From the NCBI RefSeq assembly GCF_009914755.1, contig NC_060927.1: a DNA stretch of 64,000 nt; one strand, 5' to 3'. Position numbers and translations under genes: made by a program. The stretch is from the human T2T-CHM13v2.0 reference genome, Homo sapiens. The first letter of the stretch is position 1. Each line of letters opens with the position of its first letter. Under the pieces are notes generated by a model. That model made no database searches, was not told the origin of the DNA, and saw nothing but the letters and a program-made list of their open reading frames with translations. This document shows positions 43,901-56,368 of the stretch, piece by piece.

Positions 43901-44992
43901 ATAACTTTTCTTCTTTTTTAGTTACTGTTGTTTGAAATAAGACTTATCTTTACAGGACATATGTGTAAGAAGAAAGATTCCTTGAACATCTGAGAAAATA
44001 TGGACCAAAACTTTAAAGAATCCTTTCTTTAGTTTGGCTATTTGCTAAGGCTTAATATTATCAATAGTATGTTATTAACAAAAATTTTGTTAAAAACAAA
44101 GACTAAACAAGGAGGCATATAAAAGTTCACCAACAGCAAATGCTAAGGGAAGGTAAATTCACTTAACTCAAGGTTTTGACTTACATTTACCTGTAATGTT
44201 TTTGCCATAACCAATAATAAGCTACTGTTGAGAGAAAGTATACTTTCAGAGTTCAGATAAAGAATGCAAGGTAGTGAAATTGCTTATATTTAATAATTTC
44301 AAATAATGCTAACAGAAAACAGCTGTAATAGACTGATTTATAAGATAATATATTAATATGTTTTTATAAGACTTTTCTTTCAGTGTATCATGATTTTTAT
44401 GCAGCCATTTTACTTTAGCACTTAGATTATTCCTTTGCTCAAACAAATCTATTCCATTATTGTACTTTTTGAATTATACATATATCTTTTTGTTCTCTTT
44501 ATATAATACACAAATTGTCATGAGGATTGAAAATTTTAATTTGTTTTTCCACGGCATTGTTTGGCAATAAGTTAAAATAGGAAAATAAAAAAAGCATGAG
44601 TAAATTAGACTCTGATGACTGATTGAATGTGAGGATGGGTTTTGGAATGAAAGAAATTGTTATGATCACTCCAAGCTTATCACATTGACTAATTCTATGT
44701 ATTTGTTTTCTGGTGACAGGAGCTGATGATCAGTTATGCCGAGAAAAAGCTATGTCTGTGGTGACAAGTGGGAGTATTTCAGAAGCTTCATGGGCTCATA
44801 TGGAAGTTAATCTTAGGTGGGTAGCAGAGAAGGTGGTATGTGAGATAATGAAGAAAATTGAGAATACGTCAGTAAGAAAAAAATCTAGCAGAGAGAATGA
44901 GTTGAAGATGTTGGAAATAAATCTTTATGTCCTTAGAGATTATCCAAAGAAGAAACTGTGGTCTGTCACATGACCTCTCCCTTTGTTAATTC

Positions 44993-45494
44993 TGTGATGG
45001 CTTTTACAATATGTCAATTTGGCTAGGTTATTTTCTCTAGTTATTCAATCAAACACTAACTTGGGTGTTACTGTAAAGGTATTTTGCAAATCTAATTCAG
45101 CTCCCTAATCAGGTAACTTTAAGTAAGGTATATTATCCTGGATAATATGAGTAGGCCTGACTGAAGCAACTGGAAGGCCATAAAAGCCTTACTGAGACTT
45201 CTCCAAGGTACAAAGGAATTCCACCTGTGGATAATAGCTTTGGACCTTGTTCATAGACTTACATCTAGTTTAAAATCTTACTTTCTTGACTGTCTGTGGA
45301 CAACAGCTTCAGCTTGTGCCCATAAATTCCAGCCTGCCCATAATCTTGCCTCCCAGACTGCCTGCCCTATGGAATTTTACTTTCTTAGCCAGGTTCCACA
45401 ATTGCATAAGCCGATTCCTTATATTTAAATGTATTGTTTCACATGTATGTTAATAATATCATATAGTACTGCTTCTCTGGTAGAACCTGACTTA
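44993..45494 (+). mobile_element. MLT2D-like solo LTR (ERVL)
   Basis: TGTGATGG...TGTCAATTTGGCTAGG...AGTTATTCAATCAAACACTAA...GCCTGCCCTATGGA...TGCTTCTCTGG. Confidence 0.82.
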
Positions 45495-48311
45495 TTTATC
45501 TTCAAGTTCTTTGATCTCCTATCCTACTACCTTATGCTCATGATGAAACCAAAACTCTAATTGAATCCAACATTCAATCAACTTTATGACACATATATTT
45601 AGAGTCATAAAAGATATCCCATTATAAGGCTGCATAACATGTTAGAGATAATAAATAAGAAAGAGATATAGATATTTGATACCTGCATGTTCTTCACAAA
45701 CTGAACCCAACCATTAGACTTCTCTTTATCATGAAGAACTTAACGTCATCTAAAATCAGAAATGTGGAATATTTCTATAGGTGATTATATGGATTTTAAA
45801 AGTTAAGAATAAAAACCAAGACAAAATAAAAACACTTAGGATACACTAAATTATCTTTCTAACAAACTACTCAGTCTTCCTAGACAGTGGAACCTCTACT
45901 TTGTTTACTGTTTCCTTTCACTTTCTTATCAGACAATATTTTGGACTCTGAGAAACACCTTATTTAATAGTTAGAATTCTGTAACTACTATTTAGAAGGT
46001 AACATAAAATACAAATAATATATGTAGTGCATCTACATTTTTTCCTGATGAATGGAAAGCTTAATCAGTCTTAATCAAAATACTACAATTATTCATGCTA
46101 GTGTATGAATAATAATGGGATTTGCATTTTAAAGCCAAATGAATGAATCTTTAAAGTGAAAATTTCAGAAATCAGCAATTAAGTCAATTCAAGAGTGGTT
46201 AAAAAATGTGCCAAAATTCTGGGGACAGTACAATGGCTCTGCATCCAGGATATAATTATAAATGTGGTGACAGTGAAGGCACATACACAATATTCAAAGC
46301 TCCTGGCAGCTTCTCTGTTGACAACCCTACTCCCTCTTTTTCTATCCTTATTCGTGGTAAATGGTCCTTTTTTATCAGAACCAGGTAGGCTTAACAATGA
46401 GATGCAGCTCTCCCAGGATCCTAACGAAAGTGCATTCAAGTGATCCTACCTTGCTCCTCAATTTTCTACTTTAGTTTCTGAAATTGACTCAGTCTTTCAT
46501 TATGGTGCTTTATCCTTAATGCCATTGGCCATACCCTTTTTCCTAAAACTCCAAATAACTTGGAAACCCAGAAATTAAAAAAATATTATCCTGAATTACT
46601 TATCATGACATAATGCACTTAAAGTAAAATCTAGGTTTATTTAAAAAAACAAAGAAGAAGAAGAAGAAGAAAACTGAAGGTATCACACGACCAGACTTCA
46701 AAATATGCTACAAAGCTACATAACCAAAATAAGTTGGTAATGGCACAAAACCAAACACATAGATCAATGGAACAGAATGGAGAACCCAGAATAAATCCAA
46801 GCATTTACAGCCAACTCATTTTCAACAAAGATGCCAAGAACAGATATTAGGGAAGACAGTCTCTTCAATAAATTATGCTGGAAAGTTGGATATTCATATG
46901 TACAAGATTAAAACTATACCCCTATATTTTGTAATACACAAAAATAAAAATGGATTAAAGACTTACATGTAAAACTGAAAATTATACAAGTACTAGAAGA
47001 AAATATAGGGGAAATACTTCAGGACATTGATTTGGGCAAAGATTTAATGGGCCAAAGATTTTATGGGCAAAAAAACAAAGGCAACAAAAGCAAAAAAATA
47101 GTACTATATAAAATTAAAAAGCATCTTCACAGCAAAGAAAACAATCAGCAGAATAAAGAGATAACCTGCAAAACGGGGAAATATTTGCAAACTATTCATC
47201 TGAGCAGAGATTAATAACCAGAAGTCACCAGGAACTCAAACAATTCAATAGCTAAAAACAAATCATCTGATTTAAAAAATGGGCAAAACTTCTAAATATA
47301 CATTTCTCAAAGAAGTTGTAAAAATTGTCAATAAACATAAAAAAATGCTCTACATCCCTAATGATCAGTGAAATGCCAATGAAAACCATACTGAGATATT
47401 ATCTCACCCCAGATAGAATGGGTATTAAAAAATATTTTAAAAAACACAAATATTGGCAAGGAGAATGGGAATGGAGATGTGAAGAAAAGATAATTCTTAT
47501 ACATTGCTGATGGGAATGTAAATTAGTATAGCCATTATGAAAAACAGTATAAAGTTTTCTCAGAAAACACTAAAAATAGATCTACAATATGATCCAGCAA
47601 TCCCACTACTGGGTATTTATCCAAAGGAAAGAAAATCAGTTTATCAAAGAGGTATCTGTACTTCCAATGTTTATTGCAGCACTATTCACAATAGCCATGA
47701 TACATAATCAACCTAAGTGTCTATCAAAAGATGACTAGATAAAGAAAATGTGGTATGTATGTATACACACACACAAACACACACCTCCCCTCACACACAC
47801 ACACCCCTAAGGGAATACTACTGAGCCATAAAAAAACTTAAATTCTGTCATTTGAGGCAACATGGATGATCATGGAAAACAATATGTTAATTGAAATAAA
47901 AGTCAGACACAGAAAGAAAAATACTGTGGGTTCTCACTCATATTTGGAAGCTAAAAAGTTGATCCCATAGAACTATAAAGAATAGTGACTACTAGAGGCT
48001 GGGAAGGGGAGAAGAGGGCTTAGAGAATGGTTGGTTAATAAATACAAAATTACAGCTAGATAAAAGGAATAAGTTCTATTGTTCTATAGCACTGTAGGAT
48101 GACCACAGTTATTAATAATTTATTGTGTATGTTCAAATAGCTAGAAAAGATTTTGAATGTTCCCAAAACAAAGAAATAATACATGTTTGAGGTGATGAAT
48201 ATAATAATTATCCTGATTTGATCATTACACATTGTATACATGTATCAAAATATCACTCTAGGAGAAGGCAGAGAAGGATGACCAACTGGAAGCCTCCAGT
48301 GATTGTCCTTC

Positions 48312-49518
48312 TATATTAGTCTGTTTCCTTATTGCTGTAAATAAATACCTGAGACCAATTAATTAATAAAGAAAATAGGTTTAATTGACTCATGATTCCA
48401 CAGGCTGTATAGCAAGCATAATGCTGGCATCTGCTTAGCTTCTGGGGAGGCATCAGGGAGCTTACAATCATAGCAGAAGTTGAAGTGGGGGACCAGCACA
48501 ACTTACATGGCAGAATCAGGAGCAACAGAGAGAGAGGAGGGAGGTGCTATGCACTTTTAAACAACCAGCTCTCATGAGAACTCACTATTATGAGAAGAGC
48601 ACCAAGGGTATGGTGCTAACTCATTCATCAGAAACCATCCCCATGATCCAATCACTTCCTACTAGGCCCCATCTTCAACACTCGGGATTACAATTAGACA
48701 TAAGATTTGGGTGGGAACACAGATCCAAACCATATCATTCTGCCCCTAGCTACCTCACCACCACAAATTTCATGTCTTTTTCCATTGCAAAATGCAATAA
48801 TTTATTCTCAACAGTCTCCCAAAATCTTAAGTTACTTCCACATTAACTCAAAAGTCCAAAGCCTCATCTAAGAAAAGGCAAGTCCTTTCCACCAATAAGC
48901 CTGTAAAATCAAAAACAAGTTAGTAACTTCCAAGATAAAATGGAGATGTAGGCATTGGGTAAATTCTCAATTCCCAAAGGGAGAAATCAGCTAAAAGAAA
49001 GGGGATACAATTCCCATACAAGTCCAAAACCAAGGAGAAACACTATGTAGAAGCTGTCAAAGCTTATGGCTTTTACCCTCTGAAGCAGTGGCCTAAGCTG
49101 TACCTGGACCCCTTTAAGCCATGGCTGAAGCTGGAGTGGCTGGGATTCAGGGAGCAACATCCAGAAGCTCCCCAGGACAGCAGAGCACTGGATGTGGCCC
49201 ACAAAACCATTTAGTCTTCCTAGGCCTCTGGGTCTGTGATAGGAGGGGCTGCTGCAATGGTCTCTGAAATACCTTTGAGACCCTTTTCCCATTGTCATGG
49301 CTATCAGCACTTGGCTTTTTTTTTTACTTATGCAAATTCATACAGCCTACTTGAATTCCTCCCCTGAAAACGGGCTTTTCTTTTCTACCACATGGTCACA
49401 TTACAAATTTTCCAAACTTTTTTGCTCTACTTACCCTTTAAATATAAGTTCCAACTTTACATAATTTCTTTGCTCACACATATGAGCTTAGGTTATTAGA
49501 AGCAGCCAGGTCACATCT
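48312..49518 (-). mobile_element. MSTA LTR (48312-48737) plus partial internal region; second LTR missing
   Basis: TATATTAGTCTG...GGCATCTGCTTAGCTTCTGGGGAGG...CACTTTTAAACAACCAG...AAACCATATCA, followed by MST-int sequence. Confidence 0.9.
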
Positions 49519-50431
49519 AGATTCTCACTTTTCCCATTGTTATTCAATATTGTACTGAAAGTCTTAGCTAGAGCATTCTGGCAAGAGAAAGAAATAAAGC
49601 ACACCCAAATTGGAAAAAAGAAGTCCAATTATCATTGTTTGCAGATCATATGAGCTTATGTTTAGAAAAAAAATCTAAGAATCCACCAAAAAAATTTGAA
49701 ACCATAAACAAATTCTATAAAATCAAGATCATAAAAAATCAGTGGCATTTCTATACAACAGCAGTGAATAGTCTGAAAAAGAAATAAAAAAGCAACCCCA
49801 TTTATAATAACCATGAATAAAATTAAATACCTAGGAATTAACCAAAGAAGTGAAAGATCTCTAAAATAAAAACTATAAAACATTCATGAAAGATACTGAA
49901 GAGGACACAACACAATGGAAAGATATTCTATTTTCATAAATTAGAAGAGTCAATATTGTTAAAATATCCATACTATCTAAAGCAATCTATAGATTCAGTG
50001 CAATTCCTATCAAAATACCAATGACATTTTTTCACAGAAATAGAAAAAATAATTCTCAAATGTGTATTGAACCACAAGACACTCAGAGTAGCTACAGCCA
50101 TCCTGAGCAAAAGGAACAAAACTCAATGAATGACTTTACCTAACTTAAAATTATACTATAGAGCTATAGTAACCAAAATAGCCTGGTACTGGCATAAAAA
50201 CAGATACATAGACCTATGTTAACAAAACAGAAAACCCAGAAACAAATTCACATACCTATAGTGAATTCATTTTTCACAGAGGTACCAAGGACATGCATTT
50301 GGGAAGGTCTCTGCAATAAATGGTGCTGGGAAAACTGGATATCCATATGCAGAAGAATGAAACTAGACTCCTATCTCTCACCCTAAACAAAAATCAAATC
50401 AAAATGGATTAAAGGCTTAAATATAAGAACT

Positions 50432-50726
50432 GACCAGGTATGGTGGCTCACGCCTGTCATCTCAGCACCCTGAGAGGCTGAGGCGGGTGGCTTGAGCCCA
50501 GGAGTTAGAGACCAGCCTTGACAACATGGTGAAACCCCATCTCTACTAAAAAAATTTAAAAAAGCAGAAGCCTACCTCTAGTCCCAGCTATCTGGGATGC
50601 TGAGGTGGGAGAATCACCTGAGCAAGGGGAAGTCAAGGCTGCAGTGAGCTGTGATTGTGCCACTGCATTCTAGCCTGGATGATGGAAATGACACTCTGTC
50701 TCAAAAGTAATAAAAATTTTAAAAAT
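50432..50726 (+). mobile_element. AluJb
   Basis: GCTTGAGCCCAGGAGTT and GTCAAGGCTGCAGTGAGCTGTGATTGTG. TSD AAATATAA(G/T)AACT at 50419-50431 and 50727-50739. Confidence 0.92.
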
Positions 50727-52355
50727 AAATATAATAACTGCAACTATAAAACAATTACAAGAAAACAGTGGAAAGATTTCTAGGACATTTGTCTGGGCAA
50801 GGATTTCTTAATACCAACAAGCACAATCACCTCAAAGCACAGATGAACAAATGAGATCACATCTTCTACACAGCAAAAGAAACAATCAACAAAGCGAAGA
50901 GATAACCCACAGAATAGAAGAAAATATTTGCAAACTACTCATCTGACAAGGGATTAATAACCTGAATATATAAGGAGCTCAAAAAAGAATATATAGAGAG
51001 CTCAACTCTATAGGAAAAAATAGTCTTACTTAAAATGTTCAAAAGATCTGATTAGACACTTTTCAAAAGAAGACTTATAAATGGCAAACAGGCATAAGAA
51101 AAGGTGCTCAGCCTCACTGATCATCAGAGAAATGCAAACCAAAACTACAATGAGATATTATATCACCCAGTCAATAGCTTTTATCCAAAAGACGGGCAAC
51201 AACAAATTCTGGAGAGGATGTGGAGAAAATGGAATCTTCATACACTCTTGGTGGGAATATACATTAGTACAACCACTATAGAGAACAGTAGGGAGGTTCC
51301 TCAATAAACTAAAAACAGAGCTATCGTATGATCCAGCCATCTCACCACTGGGTATATACACAAAAGAAAGGAAATAAGTATGTCTAATAGATACCTGCAT
51401 TCTCATGTTTATTGTTGCATTGCTCAAAATAGCCAAGACTTAGAAGTAACCTAAGTTTCCATCAACTGATGAATGGATGAAGAAAATGTAGTACATATCC
51501 ATGATGGAGTCCTATTCAGACATGAAAAGAATGGGATCCTGTTCATTTGCAACAACATGGATAGAACTGGAGGATATTAAAAATAAGCCAGGCAAATAAA
51601 GACAAACTGCATGTTCTCACTTATTTGTGGGAGCTAAAAATTAAAGCAATTGAACTCGTGGAGATAGAGTGTTGAATGATAGTTACCAGAGGCAGGAAAG
51701 GCTAGTAGGAGTGTAGGGTGGAAGTGAGAATGATAATGGGTAGAAAATATAGTAATTGTACAGTTTAAATAACAGTACAGTTATTTAATATAACTATATT
51801 ATATGTATATTAATATATACTATATTATATAATATATGTATGTTAATAAAAATATTAACATAAAATAAGTTATTAATATAACTGTAATATAAATGTACAG
51901 TTTAAAATATCTAAAAGAGTATGATTGAATTGTTTGTAACACAAGGATAAATGCTTAAGGTGATGGATACCCTATTTACCCTGATGTCATTATTATGCAT
52001 TTTATTCTTGTATCGAAATTTCTCATGTACCCTATAAATATACACATCTACTATGTACCCAAAAAATTAAAAATTAAAAAATCACTCTGTCACTCTGTAC
52101 TTCTGTACAATTATTAAATGTCAATTTAAAATAAAATGTAAATATTTAGCTGTATTTTAATTATGAACAAGATTTGCCCATTATGAATTAATTCTCTATT
52201 ATTTAAACTTTATAAATCTTTAGGCTAGCCCATAAGTAGACCAGTTGTGAAACTGTGTAAATGTAGTTAAAGTAACTTTAGCCATTCAATCAATCACTGA
52301 TGGGCTTCATTTAAGTGAGTTTTTCCTTCATCCTTTTAGTAAACAATTCTTTGTT

Positions 52356-52935
52356 TAGAATAGTGATTTTATGTTGAGTCTGCTTGAATAAACCAAAGTT
52401 GTTTCCCAGAATCCTTTCATTTGCCATAGTCCTGGCTTAGAGTTGGCCGAAAGAAAACTTTGCACAAGATTTAAAAGTCAAATATGAAACAGTCAACTTG
52501 TTTCCTGATGTGGTTTTGGTTAGATGTGGTGGCATATGCCAAGGGGCCAACTATTGAAATTTTCTTCACCCTCCTCTACCCAAAATACAGCTTATCTCAA
52601 ATGTCAGCCCTGCTGACCAGTGATAATGCCAGCCCACTACACAGCGCAGAGCTAAATAGCCTTCTGTAGACTTGTCCACACACTACCATACCTCAAACTC
52701 TCAACCAGGTGTGCCTGGCTCCTCAGATCTTCCTGTAAGCTCCAACTTGTTCATTCATGTTAAAGCTTTACAATGGCTGGTAGTCATTTTTCTTTGAACC
52801 TCCAAGTATTTTTTTCCATACTTTAACTCTTTCATGTCTTCCCACAGTTGTTTAAGGTCTATAATGTTCTATAAGTCCCTGATTTCATAATAATTACAGT
52901 GGTTCTGCTTTCTTGTTTGAAGCCTGTCAGAAACA
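52356..52935 (+). mobile_element. MLT2F-like ERVL LTR
   Basis: ATAGTGATTTTAT, TTTCCCAGAAT, TTAGAGTTGGCC, CCTGTAAGCTCCAACTTGT and AGTGGTTCTGCTT. Confidence 0.72.
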
Positions 52936-53940
52936 CTTGTCTGCATAATTGGTTCCTGGAAACAGAAATTTAAAGATGAGAATCTGAAATATGTTTTCTT
53001 AGCTGATTATCCTGTTGGATTAATAACCCTGTTGCCAGTAGTAAAGGAAACACTAGTAATCTATGGCACATGGTGAAAAAAAGGTATTAAAATTATTATC
53101 TGTCGGTAGCTGCAATCAAGTGACTATGGAAGGAAAAGCTTTGCGTGATTAAATGGTTAATATCATGGAATGTATTAATGAAAAGAGTTTATTTTGGTTG
53201 GCTTATTGCTTCTAAGTGCACTGAAGAACGTAGAGAAATGAAATTTTGAGTTCTGGGATTTAAAATTCCAACTTAAAATCTGCTGGGACAGAAAGTCTTT
53301 ACGACTGCTCTGAAAGAAAAGTCCTTTGTCTTCTGACTGCAGGAATGCAATTGCTGAAAAACAGGTCCAAAAACTGACCTTTCAGGTAGCTTAATTAAAC
53401 TCAAATTGGATCAGACTCTTTCAGCCTCTCTTACATTAAACCTGGGTATTGATTGAGAAAGAATGGATGGGATCCTTAAAATCAGAGTGGGGAAATATGA
53501 GATGATTTAATTGTTTCAGTAAGTCGTTTGCCAGCAGAAATATCACTTCCTCCTCATTGAGGAGTTTAGTCTTCCTTTGCCTAAGGAAACTTTATTAGTC
53601 CCCCCTGAGATAATTGCCTTCAATGGAATTTTGGTCCTCCAGAATTATCCCTGCCCCTTCTGCATTTTTTCTACTCAGTACCTAGTAGGCACTAGGGGGC
53701 AAGGTAAAAAGTGGGACCTGTGAGGAGATACAAAACACACCAAAACAACTGAAAAATTTTGCTAGCACATATCCACAGAAATCTCAAGAATATGTATAAA
53801 TTTGCATCATAAGGATGTTGCATTGCGGGGGAAGGAATATAATACTGGAGCAGGCAGAATTTGTTGATATTGGTACATGAAACAAAAATTCTGAAATCAA
53901 TGTGCTATCTTGAGCAGCAGGAAGAGGCTCCAATATTTTC
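52936..53940 (+). mobile_element. ERVL internal region with gag remnant
   Basis: 53722-53934 translates in one frame to EEIQNTPKQLKNFASTYPQKSQEYV*ICIIRMLHCGGRNIILEQAEFVDIGT*NKNSEINVLS*AAGRGSN, matching the ERVL Gag GGRNI.L.QAEF.D.G motif. Confidence 0.85.
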
Positions 53941-53957
53941 CCTAAGAACAAAATATT

Positions 53958-54351
53958 AGGAGGAAGGTGGAGGAACCTAGGAGAGCCATCAGATCTTGAT
54001 GCAAGTCTTATCTCTATGGAAGAGAGAAGAAAGGGAAGAAGGTTGAGCAGGCAAGGAAATAAATTTAAGTAGAAAAAGTCTCAGAATGTGGTGTGGTTCT
54101 TAGAAAAGCTTGGTAAATCTGATCACAAGTCCTTTTACTAACATAATCTATTACAGGAGTCCCATGTCTTCCAGGAATACACCTGCCCTTGTATCTCTGC
54201 CACACTCAGTCTTTGGCTGTGAGCAGTCCATGAAAAGTGTGGTTTCCATGTGAACACAGTGATAAATTTCAGAACACAGCAGTGGGAGTTATAGGTCAAT
54301 TATGTTCCCTGCAGCTGCAGACCTGAGAGGCCCAGTTTCATGGCTGCCATA
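53958..54351 (-). mobile_element. LTR40-family (ERVL) LTR
   Basis: GAGAGCCATCAGA...GATGCAAGTCT, GGAGTCCCATGTCTTCCAGGAAT and GGTCAATTATGTTCCCTGCAG...CTGAGAGG...CATGGCTGCCA. Confidence 0.8.
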
Positions 54352-54364
54352 CGATGAAGTGATT

Positions 54365-54808
54365 AAAATGTTTAATTCACTAAGAAAACATAATAATTCT
54401 TAAAATGTATGTTTTATTCTCACAATATATAAAGAAGAAAATATCATTGAACTAGAGAAAGACATTTCTACCACAGTAGATTATACCACACTTCTACTAG
54501 TTATGGCTAGATAAAGTAGACAAAAAAAGAATCCAATAATGGACCCAACTATTAGCCCTAAATATTCTTCTCAATCACACTTGTCATATTTATAAAAATT
54601 GGTCATATACTAGTTTAAAAATCAATCCACAATAAATTTTAAAGAATACATATCATACAGGTGACACTTTCTGGCAACAATGCAATTAAATTGGATGTTA
54701 ATGACTAAAAATTGAAATAAAAAATCACAAGCAAGTATTTGGAATTTTAAAACAATTTTAAATAACTCATGGGCCAAAGAATAAACTATAAAGGAAATAT
54801 TAAGGTAG
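54365..54808 (+). mobile_element. Old L1M ORF2 (endonuclease-region) fragment
   Basis: TTTATAAAAATTGGTCATATACTAG, CAATGCAATTAAATTGGA and AAATAACTCATGGGCCAAAGA. Confidence 0.7.
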
Positions 54809-55004
54809 ACATGGAGAAGACAAGCATGTCTATCACCAGGGAGTAGACAGGTTTCTCCTCAGCATCAGATAACTAAGAATCTTTATCTTTTTCTTTCATC
54901 TTACAGATCCCAAGTCCTTGTTCTGCAGGGTCCTCATCAACACTGAGCAGCTGAGCAAGTATGGAGACAGGTACTCCTTTCCTGAGATGATCATGTTTGT
55001 CCCT

Positions 55005-55255
55005 GGTGTAGTAGGTAAATAACTGACCCTAGAATTCAAATTCTTACACCTGGGTTCAAATTCCAATCACATCACCCAAATTTTGTGAACAAGGACAGAT
55101 GACTCCATGTCATTGAATCTCAAGTTTCTCATTTGTAAAATGGATTAATAAAAGTGATATCATTGAGTTGCTGTAAGGCAAATGTAAGTTAGAGCCTTTA
55201 ACTTGCTGTAAGTTAGAGTCTTTATACAATAGGAGATATTTAGAAAATGCTAAGT
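55005..55255 (+). mobile_element. MIR
   Basis: CCTGGGTTCAAATTCC...TCTCAAGTTTCTCATTTGTAAAATGG. Confidence 0.75.
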
Positions 55256-55875
55256 ATGCATGATTTTCTTTTCCCGGGTTTGAATTCTTAGTATTTGGCT
55301 ATACAAGCTAGATAGATCCTTATTCATGTATTCAGTTCAGCCTTGTACCGAACTGAGGTTCATCTTAAGTTTAAAAAGCTTTTGAGATTAATTTAGTAAC
55401 CTGACCAATATCTGTGTACTTATTTCCAAGTTCTCACTTAGTTGAGGGACAAGATCTCAGCTTAATCATCTCTGTCATCAAAAGATGTGGCTGGGCACAA
55501 AGTAGAAATTTGAAGCCTAAATACTGAATAGATGAACGAACAAATGGTTTCTAAAAGTGTACTTGTATGTGGGAACTGCTAGTAGATATTATTAGACTTT
55601 CCTCTCCACCTGACTGAAATTCAATTTTGAGGGTTCATACTCTTTGATCAAAACCCTCTCAAGTTCCTTCACACTTGGATAGAATATATTGAGTAGTTTC
55701 AAAGAGGAAATTTATTTTTCATGAACAGATTTTTTGATATCCACTCTCAAAAGTGTCTGAAGTTAGTGAAAATACAGTGAGACCCTCTCTCTAAGCACCA
55801 CTACCTTATACAAAATCCTTTATATTTGATTTAGATTCAGTTTGTGCTAGGACTTTAAAGTATATTGGTTTAGAT

Positions 55876-56102
55876 CAGTATTTCTCAACCTTAACACTGT
55901 TGACATTTGGGGCCAGATCATTCTTTGTCGGGGGGAGGTGGCTGTCCTGTGCATAGTAGGATGATTAGCACCTTCCCTGACCTCTACCCATTAGATGCCA
56001 GTAGCAAGCCCACCCACCCACACTGCTATGACAGCCAGAAATGCCCAAACATTGCCAAATATTCCTCTGGATGACAAAAGCGTTCCCTGCTTAGAAACAC
56101 TT
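55876..56102 (-). mobile_element. MER20 (hAT-Charlie)
   Basis: CAGTATTTCTCAACC...TGTCCTGTGCAT...CCTCTACCCATTAGATGCCAGTAGCA...CATTGCCAAAT. Imperfect 8-bp TSD GTTTAGAT / CTTTAGAA. Confidence 0.9.
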
Positions 56103-56347
56103 CTTTAGAATGATTTTTGCTATAGTATAGATATAAGCTTTCTCAAAAGTTGAAGTGAGTGGTATATCATCAACCCTGGAATCTATTGTTGAAATTTATG
56201 ATTGTTTAAGTTAATGTCTCAATCCAATCAGAAAACTCTCACCCTAAACTGGCAAGTGCTATTTTTTGCCAAATTATCATATTGAGGGTACTAAGTCTTT
56301 AACAAAAAGTCACTTACTGAATGTAGATTATGATAGCTTCTACACTC

Positions 56348-56368
56348 TGTGTGTGTGTGTGTGTGTGT
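56348..56368 (+). repeat. (TG)10 microsatellite
   Basis: Directly visible. Confidence 0.9.

Larger units (their letters stand above)
48260..52080 (+). mobile_element. L1MA2/3-type element: 5' terminus 48260-48311, ORF2/3' UTR about 49520-52080, middle deleted
   Basis: Starts GGAGAAGGCAGAGAAGGATGACC...GAAGCCTCC and ends CTACTATGTACCCAAAAAATTAAAAA. Flanked by AAAA(T)ATCACTCT at 48247-48259 and 52077-52088. Confidence 0.85.
46650..52136 (+). mobile_element. 5'-truncated L1MA4/5-type element; its last ~50 bp (52089-52136) are displaced by a nested L1
   Basis: ORF2 3' region and L1MA 3' UTR run to ...CATGTATCAAAATATCACTCT (48259), then resume ...GTACAATTATTAAATGTCAATTTAAAATAAAA. Confidence 0.88.
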
